DNA of 63,411 nt, filler included, from Octopus bimaculoides (Eukaryota): the NCBI RefSeq assembly GCF_001194135.2. It is 5 parts of 5 records of this genome, joined end to end, with 100 filler letters (N's around TTAATTAATTAA, not from the genome) between each part and the next. Parts side by side here need not be neighbours in the genome. Positions count along the whole stretch, not along the records: positions 4,741 to 21,375 come from NC_068987.1; positions 21,476 to 49,393 come from NC_069004.1; 3 more parts are not named here. The stretch is one strand, 5' to 3'. Below the pieces are notes generated by a model. That model was given only the letters and a program-made list of their open reading frames with translations. It did not search any database and was not told where the DNA came from. Positions 13,075-25,319 of the stretch are shown here, one piece after another. How positions within the stretch are numbered: position 1 is the first letter of the stretch; each line of letters opens with the position of its first letter. The position numbers were made by a program, and so were the translations under genes.

Positions 13075-14789
13075 CACATATATATATATATATATATATG
13101 TATGTATATATAATATATGTGTGTGAGTATGTATGTGCACATGTACACATAACTTGGTGTGTTGTTTTTCTCTCTCTTCCTGAATGTTGCCACATTATGC
13201 GGTCTGACTTGTAAGTGGATGGCAGTAATGAAGTTAGCTGTCCGACAAATTGGAACAGAGTCAAAACCAATTCCTGACACTAATTCCACAACTACAGACG
13301 TAATGGCAGTTTTGTAACAGTTGGAACTGGCTGGAGATACTAGCATTAAACACTATATAATCGTATGAGCAACAGGATATTTTGGGGTTTCTTCTCTGAG
13401 GCTGTTAGTGGTGAAAATAATATTGTATACACCTTCTCTTTTAATCAGGATGGAATTTTGTATCTAGGTTGTTGTTATTCTTGTTGTTTAGCTGCAGATC
13501 AGTCTTGCTTGAACAGGGCATAATCAAAGATTTCCCATCTCTGACCATTCCTCATTTATTTATTTATATATTTATTTAGTTATTCATTTATTTATTTATT
13601 TCAAATATTATCAATATATACAGGCATGGCTGAGTAGTTAAAATGTTTGCTTCTTAACCACGTCACTTTTGGGTTCAGTCCCACTGCATGGCACCTTGGG
13701 TAAGTGTCTTCTACTATAGCCTCAGGCTGATCAAACTGTTGTGGATGGATTTGGTTGACATAATCTGAAAGAAGCCTGTCACGTATGTGCATGCTTATGT
13801 GTGCATGCGTGTGTGTGTGTGTGTGTGCGTGTGCATGTGTGTGCATATGTATGTGCGTGAGTGTGTGTGTGTGCATATGTATGTATGTGTGTATGTATCT
13901 GTGTGTGAGTATGGGTGTGTCTCATTGTTTTGACGTCATATGATAATTGTAAACTAGTGTCACCATAATATAAACAGTGTTTTTCATTTCCAATCATCCA
14001 TGAAAACATGTCTGGCCTGTGTGAAATATTATGAGGGTAGGCTGAAATGTTGATAGACTGAGTATCAAGGAGTGATGCTAGGACTGTGAAATCTTGCATT
14101 CATTAATTTCAACTCTCCTTATCAATAACTGCATTGTTTCTTTATTTCATCTGATTGTTCAATGAAGACTTCAAAAGTAACTAGTTGCAACAAAATTTAT
14201 TATGGAAAATGTTCTTCTGCAGGATGCTCATTGTGCTGCTAGCCCTCACCTGCTTCCTAGTATGGTAACATTTCCCTATGTTTAGACATGTTTTCACAGA
14301 ATATTGGAAATAAATGACAAAGCTTGTATGACAGTGACAATCACTTACGACTATCATATGATGTCAAGACATGGAGACACAAATATACACATTCTCTCTC
14401 TCACACGTGTGTGTCTGTGTAATGGACTTCTTTCACTTTCCATCTACTAAATCCACTCATAAGGGTTTTGTTGGCCTGGAAGTATGTTGTGGGACTGAAC
14501 CTGTTTGGGAAGCAGACTTCTAAACCACACATAGCAATATTACCTTTTCCCTCTTTTAATTGTCAGACCTTGAAGAACTTTTAGTCGAATAAATTGACTT
14601 CAATACTTTTTTTTTACACCTGGTACTTATTCTATTGAACTACTAAGTTATGGTGATGTAAGCACACCTACACCAGTTGTCAAGCAGTGGTGGGTGCCAA
14701 ACACAGTCACAAACGCACACATACACACAAACACACACATACACACAAACACACACACACAAACACACATAATATATATATATATATAT

Positions 14790-15152
14790 ATATCATCATC
14801 ATCATCGTTTAACGTCTGCTTTCCATGCTAGCATGGGTTGGATGATTTGAATGGGGACTGGTGAACCAGATGGCAGCACCAGGTTCCAATCTGATCTGGC
14901 TGAGTTTTTATATCTGGATGCCCTTCCTAACACCAACCACTCCAAAAGTGTAGTGGGTGCTTTTACGTGCCACCGGCACGAGGGCCAGTCATGTGGTACT
15001 GGCAACGGCCACGCTCAAAATGGTGTCTTTTATGTGCCACCTGCACAGGAGCCAGTCAAGCGGCACTGGCAACGACCTCTCTCGAATAATTTTCTAACGT
15101 GCCACTGGCACAAATGCCAGTAAGGCGACGCTGGTAACGATCATGCTCAAAT
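14790..15152 (-). mobile_element. Family C (RTE-tail) repeat
   Basis: Reverse complement of 4741-4985 with extra 5' sequence and a (CAT)n tail on the plus strand. Confidence 0.75.
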
Positions 15153-16476
15153 NNNNNNNNNNNNNNNNNNNNNNNNNNNNNNNNNNNNNNNNNNNNNNNN
15201 NNNNNNNNNNNNNNNNNNNNNNNNNNNNNNNNNNNNNNNNNNNNNNNNNNNNNNNNNNNNNNNNNNNNNNNNNNNNNNNNNNNNNNNNNNNNNNNNNNNN
15301 NNNNNNNNNNNNNNNNNNNNNNNNNNNNNNNNNNNNNNNNNNNNNNNNNNNNNNNNNNNNNNNNNNNNNNNNNNNNNNNNNNNNNNNNNNNNNNNNNNNN
15401 NNNNNNNNNNNNNNNNNNNNNNNNNNNNNNNNNNNNNNNNNNNNNNNNNNNNNNNNNNNNNNNNNNNNNNNNNNNNNNNNNNNNNNNNNNNNNNNNNNNN
15501 NNNNNNNNNNNNNNNNNNNNNNNNNNNNNNNNNNNNNNNNNNNNNNNNNNNNNNNNNNNNNNNNNNNNNNNNNNNNNNNNNNNNNNNNNNNNNNNNNNNN
15601 NNNNNNNNNNNNNNNNNNNNNNNNNNNNNNNNNNNNNNNNNNNNNNNNNNNNNNNNNNNNNNNNNNNNNNNNNNNNNNNNNNNNNNNNNNNNNNNNNNNN
15701 NNNNNNNNNNNNNNNNNNNNNNNNNNNNNNNNNNNNNNNNNNNNNNNNNNNNNNNNNNNNNNNNNNNNNNNNNNNNNNNNNNNNNNNNNNNNNNNNNNNN
15801 NNNNNNNNNNNNNNNNNNNNNNNNNNNNNNNNNNNNNNNNNNNNNNNNNNNNNNNNNNNNNNNNNNNNNNNNNNNNNNNNNNNNNNNNNNNNNNNNNNNN
15901 NNNNNNNNNNNNNNNNNNNNNNNNNNNNNNNNNNNNNNNNNNNNNNNNNNNNNNNNNNNNNNNNNNNNNNNNNNNNNNNNNNNNNNNNNNNNNNNNNNNN
16001 NNNNNNNNNNNNNNNNNNNNNNNNNNNNNNNNNNNNNNNNNNNNNNNNNNNNNNNNNNNNNNNNNNNNNNNNNNNNNNNNNNNNNNNNNNNNNNNNNNNN
16101 NNNNNNNNNNNNNNNNNNNNNNNNNNNNNNATATATATATATATATATACATGTGTATATATTTGTGTGTGTATATCTGTGTTTGTTTCCCCACCATCGC
16201 TTGACAACCAATGTGGGTGTGTTTACATCCCAGTAATTTAGCACTTCAACAAAAGAGACTGATAAAATAAGTACTAGTCTTACAAAGAATTAGTCTTGGG
16301 CTCGATTTGTTTGACTAAAGGTGGTGCTCCAGCATGGCTGCAGTCAAATGACTGAAACAAGTGAAGGAATACATATATATATATATTTTTTTTCTCGGGT
16401 GAAGCAGTACTAATGACCAATCATTTGACGTCAATATACATATTCTTTAGAATAGTACAGCACATAATAAAATCAT

Positions 16477-16645
16477 TGAATGACAAGGAAACAGGAATTA
16501 TGTAATCAACTTCATTAGCTTACAGTTGTTTCTGCTTTAAGGTGCAGTGTACTAAACACTCAGCTCTGAGTGCACTTCTTCTTATAGCCAGAACAGCTGT
16601 AAGCTAATGAAGTTAATTATGTAATTCCTGTTCCCTTGTCATTCA
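16477..16645. repeat. Foldback hairpin (~58-bp arms)
   Basis: TGAATGACAAGG..CTTACAGTTGTTTCTG pairs with CAGAACAGCTGTAAG..CCTTGTCATTCA. A one-armed relative lies at about 11352-11460. Confidence 0.75.
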
Positions 16646-16734
16646 TTTGTGTGTGTGTGTGTGCGGGTGTGTGTATAAATAATACATAAAACATATATCT
16701 ATGTGTGTATATGTATTTAAGTATATTATCATCA

Positions 16735-17222
16735 TCGTCATCATTATTTAGTGTCCGTTTTGCATGCTGACATGGATTAAAGGGTTTGACTGGATGGTAA
16801 GCTGGAGAGCTGCATCAGACTCCAGTCTGTTTTTGTTTCCTTTCTATGGCTGGATTCCCTTCCTAACAATAACCACTCCACAGAGTGTACTGGGTGCTTC
16901 TTATGTGTCACTGGCACAGGTGCCTTTCATTGTTACTGGCACAGGTGCCTTTTACATGTCACTGGCACTAGACCACAACCATGATTTCACTTAGCTTGAT
17001 GTATCTTGTCAAGCACATAAACTCATCAGAAATCCTGGTCACTGTCCTTGACTTGTGAGGCTCAACATCTGAAGATCACATTTCACCAGCTCTTTCCACA
17101 TCTTCCTGGGTCTACCTCTTCCACAGGTTCCTTACACAATTAGAAATTAGAACATTTTATGCAGCTGTTCTCATCCATATGCATGACATAACCATACCAG
17201 TGCAGTCTTCTTTCCTGCAACC
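16735..17222 (-). mobile_element. RTE-like LINE 3' end (RT C-terminus plus family C UTR)
   Basis: The minus strand gives LQERRLHWYGYVMHMDENSCIKC and a degenerate GRPRKTW, continuous with the family C tail. Confidence 0.75.
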
Positions 17223-17304
17223 TACAGTGCAAGTATATTTGTGCATGTGTGTACATGCATGCATGTGTGTGTGTATGCCTGAGAGAGCAAAAGAGATAAC
17301 TTAC

Positions 17305-17411
17305 CTTTTCTGTGTATGTCTGCCATGTGTGAAATATCGTCTTGGTGATAATATTCATACACTGATGTCCCTAATAGTTCTTGTGGCAAATAACCTAATA
17401 TTACTGTTGCC
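17305..17411 (-). CDS. cyc/BMAL1: Internal exon (107 nt, phase 2 to 1) of a BMAL1/cycle-like bHLH-PAS clock transcription factor, PAS-B domain
   Basis: The minus strand reads acceptor tttctctcactggcttttccag| G GCA ACA..AGA AAA G |gtaagt. It translates to (R)[35 protein letters not shown](V), matching the recalled BMAL1 segment [37 protein letters not shown] far better than ARNT. Confidence 0.88.
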
Positions 17412-17483
17412 CTGGAAAAGCCAGTGAGAGAAAGTATAAATTATATGGTTTATAATAATAATAATAATGATAATAATAATAAC

Positions 17484-17517
<34 letters not shown>

Positions 17518-18320
17518 GCCTGATGCAAATACCAGGCAGTGGCTCTCCTGGCTTCTAATCTTAACTGATTGGAAGTGTTTTCATGATCATTGTTTTGTCT
17601 TGCAATGAAAGATAAGCTACAGCAAGCCTGTCTATGAGTTTACCAAAATCACGATGAGAATAAATCACCTATTTTATAGAGATGACTTTGAGATATATAC
17701 AACAAATGATTAGACCTGGATTCTATGATACAAACAGTGAGAATCTTCATGAAGACATTGGAATGCAGTTTGGGATAGATTAGTGTGCAGTACTAACTAT
17801 GAAAAGAGTCCAGAAGATAAAGTCTGATGGCATAAAATTACCACAAGACAACATCATTAAATTTTCTGTAGAATAATGAGGGATACAAATACTTAGGAGT
17901 GTTACAAGATGACAAGATTATGAAAAGGAAAATGAGAAAGTCATTAAAGAATACAAAAGGAGAATTAGAAGAATGGTGATTGACACAAAATTAAATGGAG
18001 GGAACATCACTAAATCCACAAATACATGGGCAACGACAGTATTGAGACACTCTGTCCCCTTTCTGAAATGGACAAGGATCAAACTCCAGAATATGGGTAG
18101 AAGAAGTAGAAAGAAAGCTTCTAACAATGCACAACACATTCCATCCTAAAAGTAATACTGGCCGACTTTATCGCCCAAGAAAGGAAATTGGTAGAGGATT
18201 ACCAAATGCAGAAGACACTGTTGGTGCTGCAATACTGGATCTGAAAAATTATGTTGTACAGAATAAAGAAATAATACTTTCAGCAGCAAGAGATACCCAA
18301 AATGTGACTGAAACAGTATG
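17518..18320 (+). mobile_element. R4/Dong-like LINE fragment (RT C-terminus/thumb) following (AAT)n
   Basis: From about 17770: GIKLP..GYKYLGVLQ..EYKRRIRR..KLNGGNI..NTWA..MHNTFHPKSNTGRLYRPRKEIGRGL. (AAT)n lies at about 17452-17517. The identity of 17518-17770 is uncertain. Confidence 0.75.
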
Positions 18321-18579
18321 CTAATGATTCTACCAGCTTACTACTACTACTACTACTACTGCTACTGCTACTGCTGCTGCTGCTGCTGCTGCTGCTGTTG
18401 TTGTTGTTGTTGTAGGCATAAAGTCTGAAATTTTGTGGGAGGTGACTAGTTTATTACATTGATCCCAGTGTTCGGCTGGTGCAAAGTTGATCTTGGCAGA
18501 ATTTGAACTCTGATTGTAAAGATGGATGGAATGCCACTAAGTATTTTGTTTGTGCTATTGATTCTACCAGGTCACTGCC

Positions 18580-18628
<49 letters not shown>

Positions 18629-18642
18629 TAATAATAATAATG

Positions 18643-18696
<54 letters not shown>

Positions 18697-18699
18697 GTT

Positions 18700-18895
18700 T
18701 CAAATTTTGGCACCTGGCCAGCAATTTCAGGGGAGTGGGTAAGTTGATTACATTGACCCCAGTGTTCAACTGGTACTTATTCTATTGATCCTCAAAGGAT
18801 GACAGCTGAAGTCGAACTTAGCAGCATTTGAACTCAGAACATAACGATGGAGGAAATGCCTCAAAGCTGTAATGATTCTGTCTGCTCACCACCTT
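18700..18895 (-). mobile_element. SINE family B (CpG-decayed); a second decayed copy lies at 18415-18570
   Basis: Family B body and B-box, flanked by (AAT)n. Confidence 0.7.
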
Positions 18896-21323
18896 AATAA
18901 TAATGATAATGATGATGATGATGAAAATAACAACAACAACAACAACAATAGAATGTATGTAATCTGAAAAAAACCTTCTAATGAATCCTTTTCTACTCTG
19001 TGAAATTCTTAAAATCTTTATGGCTAAAACATTGCTTGATAAAAGAAGTAAAAAGGCTATCAAAATTTGAGGACTTTAGAACAGAAATGAACAGGATTTG
19101 GGGTGTGAGGGTAGAAATGTTATACATTTTATACAGGACACTTTCAGTTCAGTAGCAGAACTTGTACAACTTACTTTACTACTCAGCTGTCTTCTAATAT
19201 TATCAAAATGTTACACAATATGTATTCTACACAATAATTTCTACCAAAAATAACGGTTTCTAATTTAGGTACAAAGCTGACAATTTTAAAGGATAGAGAC
19301 TAGTTGATATTGATTCCAATATTCAACCAGTATTTTGTTATATTGACCCAAAAGGGAAGAAAAGCAAAGCTGACTTTGGTAGAATTTAAACTGAGAATCT
19401 AAAGATTTGGAAGAAACATCTGAAGGTACTTATTCTGATAATAACAATAGCAAAAATAATGATAATAATAAGTTTTTTTAAGAGAATGCACATTAAACAA
19501 GTGCAAACGTTTGTTGAATGTAACAGTTACAAGTGGAACAACAAACTGATACTGAGATATGTGCAAACAAACATAAACAACATCACCACCAAGAAAATGT
19601 AGCATCTATGATTGTATTTTCCATGGAGACTGTTTATCTCAATTGCTTCTTTAAATATTTAAAAAAAAATTTCTTGCATTTTAAGTGAAATATGTAGAAG
19701 CACAGACAGAATAAAAATGAGAAAATATATAAACACAATTTATATGGAAGATTTCAGCTGTATGGAAACTTAAGACCATATAGAAACTGATTTAAAAATA
19801 AGATCCGATATAGACATTTTAATGGGTGGTTAGGAGAAGGTAAGGTGAAGGTGTGTACATTTGTCATAAAATACACTAGTAAGGAAAAAGAAGAGGAAAA
19901 AATGGGAAGAAATCACAATATAAATTGAAATATTGGTTGACTAACTGTCATTGGAATTTTGAAAGTAAAATATTGGTGTGGTTGTTATTAGATGACCAGC
20001 TCTAACATAACATGATCAAGAGGACCGATGTGAAATTACGTCAACAGACTAAAGTGGTGTTTCCAGGCAGAAAAATAATTATATAAGTAAAAAGAAAAGA
20101 AAACAAAACCTGGAAGAGAGTAAATCGAGGCAAGAAATAGCTTTAACAAAATAAAGATATTTGACATTGTAAAGTGAAAACTGAATGAAATAAGGGAATG
20201 GTAACTAGAAGACAAGGAGATTACAGATGAGAGGAGATGTAATATATGTTGATTCTCGTTCTGAGTTCAAATTCCACTGAGGTTGACTTTGCCTTTCATC
20301 CTTTTGGGGTCGATAAATTAAGTACCAGTTGCATACTGGGGTCGATCTAATGGACTAGCCCCTCCCCCTCGTGCCTAGAGTAGAAAAGAATATATGTTGA
20401 TTCTGCTCTCAGGTAATTATAGCAGCCTAACAGTATTATAGATAGAGGAGTGATAGGTGTTAGGAGATGAGAATTGGGAGAAATGCTTGACAGGAGAGAG
20501 AGAGAGAGAAAGAGAGGTGGGGCAGGGCCCTGCACATAAAGTATAGTAAGTGATTTTTTGGATATCATTTTTGTTGCGATGGATGGATCTTTGAGCACAA
20601 CAAATTGCCAATTATCTTGGCCCTCTGTCATCTCATCTGTAATGCTTAGCATAGATTATATGTGTGTGTGTGTGTATGCATGCATGTACACGCACATGTA
20701 TAGTTGAAATTGTTTGCAACAATTAAGCAATTCACAATCATAAAATACACAAAGAAAGTTTAACTGAGTCTAAAATATTTATTTAAATAAAAATTTACAA
20801 TTCCAAAATAGAACTTAAAATATTCTTGGAAAAAGTTTCTTTGGAATTGAACAGAATGCAGCCTGTAACCATGTGTGTGTGTGTGTGTTTGTGTTTGTGT
20901 GTGTGTATGCACATGTACATACATATTTAGAATTGTGTGTATATATACAATATGTATGTATGTATATACATGGATATAATTGTGTGTATGCATACATTAT
21001 ATATATATGTGAGTATGTGTATGTAAAACATATGTATGAATTTTGAACAGGCTTATGTATGACACTCCCTCACACACGCACACAAACATCCACCTATGTA
21101 CGAGTATATCATTGTCATCTATTCCTAATACTATTCTCACATCTTGACTTTTTTTAGAAACTCAGGTTTAAGAGACACTTTCAAATCTGGTAAATAGTTT
21201 CCACTGTGATACACACATACTTACATGCATATTTATGTGTGTGTGTGTATACATATATACATATACCTCTGGTATTTGAGTACTCTTTTTTCCACCTTGT
21301 TGCACATTTCATGTGCTTACTCC

Positions 21324-21375
<52 letters not shown>

Positions 21376-21499
21376 NNNNNNNNNNNNNNNNNNNNNNNNN
21401 NNNNNNNNNNNNNNNNNNNTTAATTAATTAANNNNNNNNNNNNNNNNNNNNNNNNNNNNNNNNNNNNNNNNNNNNACATAATTATATATGTATATATAA

Positions 21500-21860
21500 G
21501 AATTTAAGGATTGGAGAAAACACATGTTATAATTGCATACTTTATTCCTTACGTTTAAGGTGCTTCCCATGCTTTCCCTGATGAGAAGGTTACATTTTTA
21601 ATATCAAAGATCCCTATGGATCACACAGGTTGTAATCCTTTGAAACATATGTAGGAATAAAGTATGCAATTATAACATGCGTTTTCTCCAATCCTTAAAT
21701 TCCTAAATATACTCAAATACCCAAAATTTCAAGGAGTTCCTGCCTTAAAAACAGGAGCTAACCACAGTTATTTTGTGTTCTTTGCTACATTGGTTTCTAT
21801 TAACCCATTTATTCTATCAGAAGAATTTTTATTCATTAAGATAGAAAAAATACACATAAT
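21500..21860 (+). mobile_element. Penelope-like pseudo-LTR with 5' inverted segment
   Basis: Near-identical inverted copy at 34652-34975, which is joined to a Penelope-type RT fragment. It contains a hammerhead motif and ends at (TA)n. Confidence 0.75.
21574..21657 (+). ncRNA. Type I hammerhead ribozyme
   Basis: Stem I TTCC/GGAA, core CTGATGA (21578-84), stem II GAAGG-TTACA/TGTAA-T-CCTTT, GAAA (21642-45), palindromic stem III ACATATGT, cleavage triplet GUA (after 21653). Confidence 0.82.
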
Positions 21861-22340
21861 TATATATGTATATATATATGTATATGTATGTATAGATATA
21901 TATATATGTATGTATAGATATGCAGATATATATATGTATGAATAGATAGATAGATAGATAGATAGATATGCATGCATAACTGTGTGTCTGTGTGTGTGCA
22001 TATGCAGGTAACAGCTTTTCTTCTAAACATGTTTCAGTTCAGTATATTTTTTATCTTGTTCCCTTTTTCTAATTTCACTTATATTGATGTTTCCAGACTT
22101 TCTCACTCTCACCACCATGATACGAAGTTGTGCTCGTTTCTATACAGTCTCTTTTATAGTAGTGGAGATTTTTTTATGCCAACTTGACTACCAGAATTTG
22201 ACTATTAGAGTTAGAGATCATAAGTCATGTTCTTATCCTGTTCTTGTGATATGTAAGTCTGTTGCTATAAAAGAGGTTGTATAGAAGTCAACACCAATTC
22301 ATATCCTGATGATGAGGCTGAGATATTTAATCTGTAAATG

Positions 22341-22568
22341 TTAACTCTTTTGATACCAACCCACCTGAGACTGCCACTGGTTTCTATGACACAAACTTAC
22401 AGTTTTAAAGTGATCTAAATTATAATCTTCCATCAAAATTTTATGCTTAATTGTTCCTGACCCCATATTAATAATTAGGAAGTTGTTTTACTAAATTCTT
22501 TATCGTTTTAAAAATTAATTGAAACAAAGGCAACATATGTTAACAGAAATATGGCAACAAAAGGGTAT
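22341..22568. mobile_element. piggyBac-like MITE
   Basis: TTAA|CTCTTTTGATACC ... GGCAACAAAAGGG|TATAA, with imperfect TIRs and a degenerate right TTAA. Confidence 0.5.
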
Positions 22569-22699
22569 AAAAATTAATTTAGGAAAATTATATTTCCAAA
22601 CAGGTGTGGCAGAGAGGTAAAATGTTTGCTTGCCAACCGCCTGGTTCTGGGTTCAGAAAGAAAAATAGTTTAAAGTAATAATAATAATAATAATAATAA

Positions 22700-22918
22700 T
22701 AATGGTTTCAGATTTTGCCACAAGGGTAGCCATTTTGGGGGAGGGGATGAATTGATTACATCAACCCCAGTATTCAACTGGTACTTAATTTATCAACCCC
22801 GAAAGGATGAAAGACAAAATTGACCTCAACAGAATTTGAACTCATAACATGAAGATGGATGAAGTGCTGCTAAGCATTTTTTCCAGGATGCTAATGGTTC
22901 TGCCAGCTTGCCACCTTA

Positions 22919-22920
<2 letters not shown>
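22700..22920 (-). mobile_element. SINE family B between two (AAT)n tracts
   Basis: Family B consensus, with (AAT)n at 22678-22702 and 22919-23010. Confidence 0.75.
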
Positions 22921-23013
<93 letters not shown>

Positions 23014-23061
23014 TAGAGATGGAGAGAAAAAGAACAAGGCCAAACAATGATAATGTTATTG

Positions 23062-23370
23062 TTGTTGTTTGTTGCTTCTTGAGCCACGTCTGGCTCATAA
23101 GGGCTAGTTTCCCAGTTTCATTGGCATATAAGGTTCCCCACCTGGATGGGATGCCAGTCCATTTCAGGTGAGCTGCTAGATGCAGGAAGAAGGAGTGAGA
23201 GAAAGTTAATAGCGAAAGAGTCAGCAGAAGTTTGTCATTACCTTCTGCTGGAGCCGCGTAGAGCTTAGGTGTTTCGCTCATAAACACATACATCACTGGG
23301 TCTGAGATTCAAACCTGCGATCCCTCAACCGTGAGTCTGCTTCTCTAACCACTAGGTCATGTGCCTCCAC
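23062..23370 (-). mobile_element. SINE family E, near full length
   Basis: Head GTGGAGGCACATGACCTAGTGGTTAGAG, B-box GGTTTGAATC, (AAC)n tail. Confidence 0.75.
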
Positions 23371-23561
23371 AACAATGATAATAAATCAAAACAAAATTTC
23401 TAGTTTCATTTCCTACCACTTCCACCATCTTAACTACATTTGGGTAAATGTCTTCTACAATAATTCTGTGGTGACTAAAACCTTGTGAGTGGATTTAGTA
23501 GATGGAAACTGAAAGAAGCCCATCGTGTTTTTTTTCTATCTATCTATCTATCTATCTGTCT

Positions 23562-23796
23562 TATTTCTTCATTGCCCACAAGTGGCTAAACATAGAGGGG
23601 ACAAACAAGGACAGACAAAGGGATTAAGCTGATTACATCGCCCCCCAGTGTGTAACTGGTACTTAATTTATCGACCCCCGAAAGGATGAAAGACGAAGTC
23701 GACCTTGGCGGAATTTGAACTCAGAATGTAACGGCAGACAAAATACCGCTAAGCATTTCGCCCAGCGTGCTAACATTTCTGCCAGCTCGCCGCCTT
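23562..23796 (-). mobile_element. SINE family D (family B head/body with an alternative tail ..GTGGGCAATAAAGAAAT)
   Basis: The same element occurs at 25528-25760, 29761-29990 and 39819-40052. Confidence 0.8.
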
Positions 23797-23801
23797 ATCT
23801 A

Positions 23802-23852
<51 letters not shown>

Positions 23853-25319
23853 ATGTCTGTTTATCTATGCATGTATGTGTGTGTGTAAGTGTTTGTATGT
23901 TCGTATCTCTTTGCTTTGACATCACAATAGTTGTAAAATGATTGTCACTATCATACAAACAGGGTCATTGATTTCCAGTATTCTGTGAGAACATGTCTGA
24001 ATGTTGCCATGCTTGGAAACTGGTGAGGATTAGCAACAGTAAGAGCATCCAGCTGTAGAAAGTTTCTCTCTATTAACTTTGACTGACCCATGCAAGCATG
24101 GAAAAGTGGACATTAAAAAAGACAGTGATTGAACTGGAATATCATCACCACGAACATCACATCCATCACTGTTGCCAATACTACTGCCATGACCACCACC
24201 ATTCTCTACCACCACTACCATCATGACCACTATTCCTGCAAGCACCTCTACCACCAATCACTGTCTCTAACACCACCACTATCACCATTACTGTCACCAC
24301 CACTACCACCATTACTATCACCACCACTATCACTACCACTATCACCACCACTATCACCATCACTACCACCACCACCACCACCACTCTGACCACTGCCACT
24401 ACAACCCTCTCTTTCCCACCAACATATCACCCTACCAATGCATCACCTCACCAACACTACCATTGCCATTGCCACAACCACCACTACCACTACCCTAATT
24501 ACCACCACAACCTCTATCTCCAGTGACCACAATAACTACCACCCCAGCTACCACCACTGCCATCATCGTCACAAACATCACCACTACTACCACCAACACC
24601 ATCATTGTCATCATCATCGTCATCCATTCATGTATCTTAAAACTCTTTGCTTCACTGATTTGTTGCAGTAAGTTGGGTGAGTTTAAAGACATTATCAGGA
24701 AACCGTTGTTTGGAATTATAAAAGACTCACACTCTCTTTCCCTCTTCAATGATGTTGTTTGTTAATAAATCTAATGAAAGACAAAAGTCTCTCCATAATG
24801 ATGTCTCATTAATAAACAGAGTAAAAGACAACAGTCGTTCTCTTTCTCTCTCTCTTTCCCCTTTTTCCTTCCCTGCTTCTCTCTTAAATGATGTCGTTTG
24901 TTAATAAACTGAGTGAAAGTAACAAACCATGTTTTAATTAACACATTTCTACAATGATCAAGTAGAAAAACTTTATCGCAGCCAAGGCTGATTTCTTAAT
25001 TAAATCTCATAGTTTACATGATTCTGTGTGTTTTATGTATGCATATGTGTGCATGTGTACATGCATGTGGGTAGGTATGCATGCATGTTGATTGCACTGT
25101 GTGTGAAGAGAATGTGTTTGTCCGTGTGTGGTGTGCATGTCTGTGTGTATCATGTATGTAGCTATTTGCTGCATTATGTATGCGTGTTATCTGTGTTGTA
25201 GGAGTGATTCTTTGTGTTTGCATTATATATTTTTGCATGCATGTTGTGCTGTCCTAGCTCAACCCTGAACAAGTAGTCCTGGGGCATGCAATTGTTTTGC
25301 ACTTTCACTGAAATGATAA

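Noticed and set aside
24745-24920. Three degenerate AATGATGT..TTAATAAA units, resembling box C/D
   Set aside because: Box spacing is too short, there is no terminal stem, and it looks like a decayed local tandem duplication.
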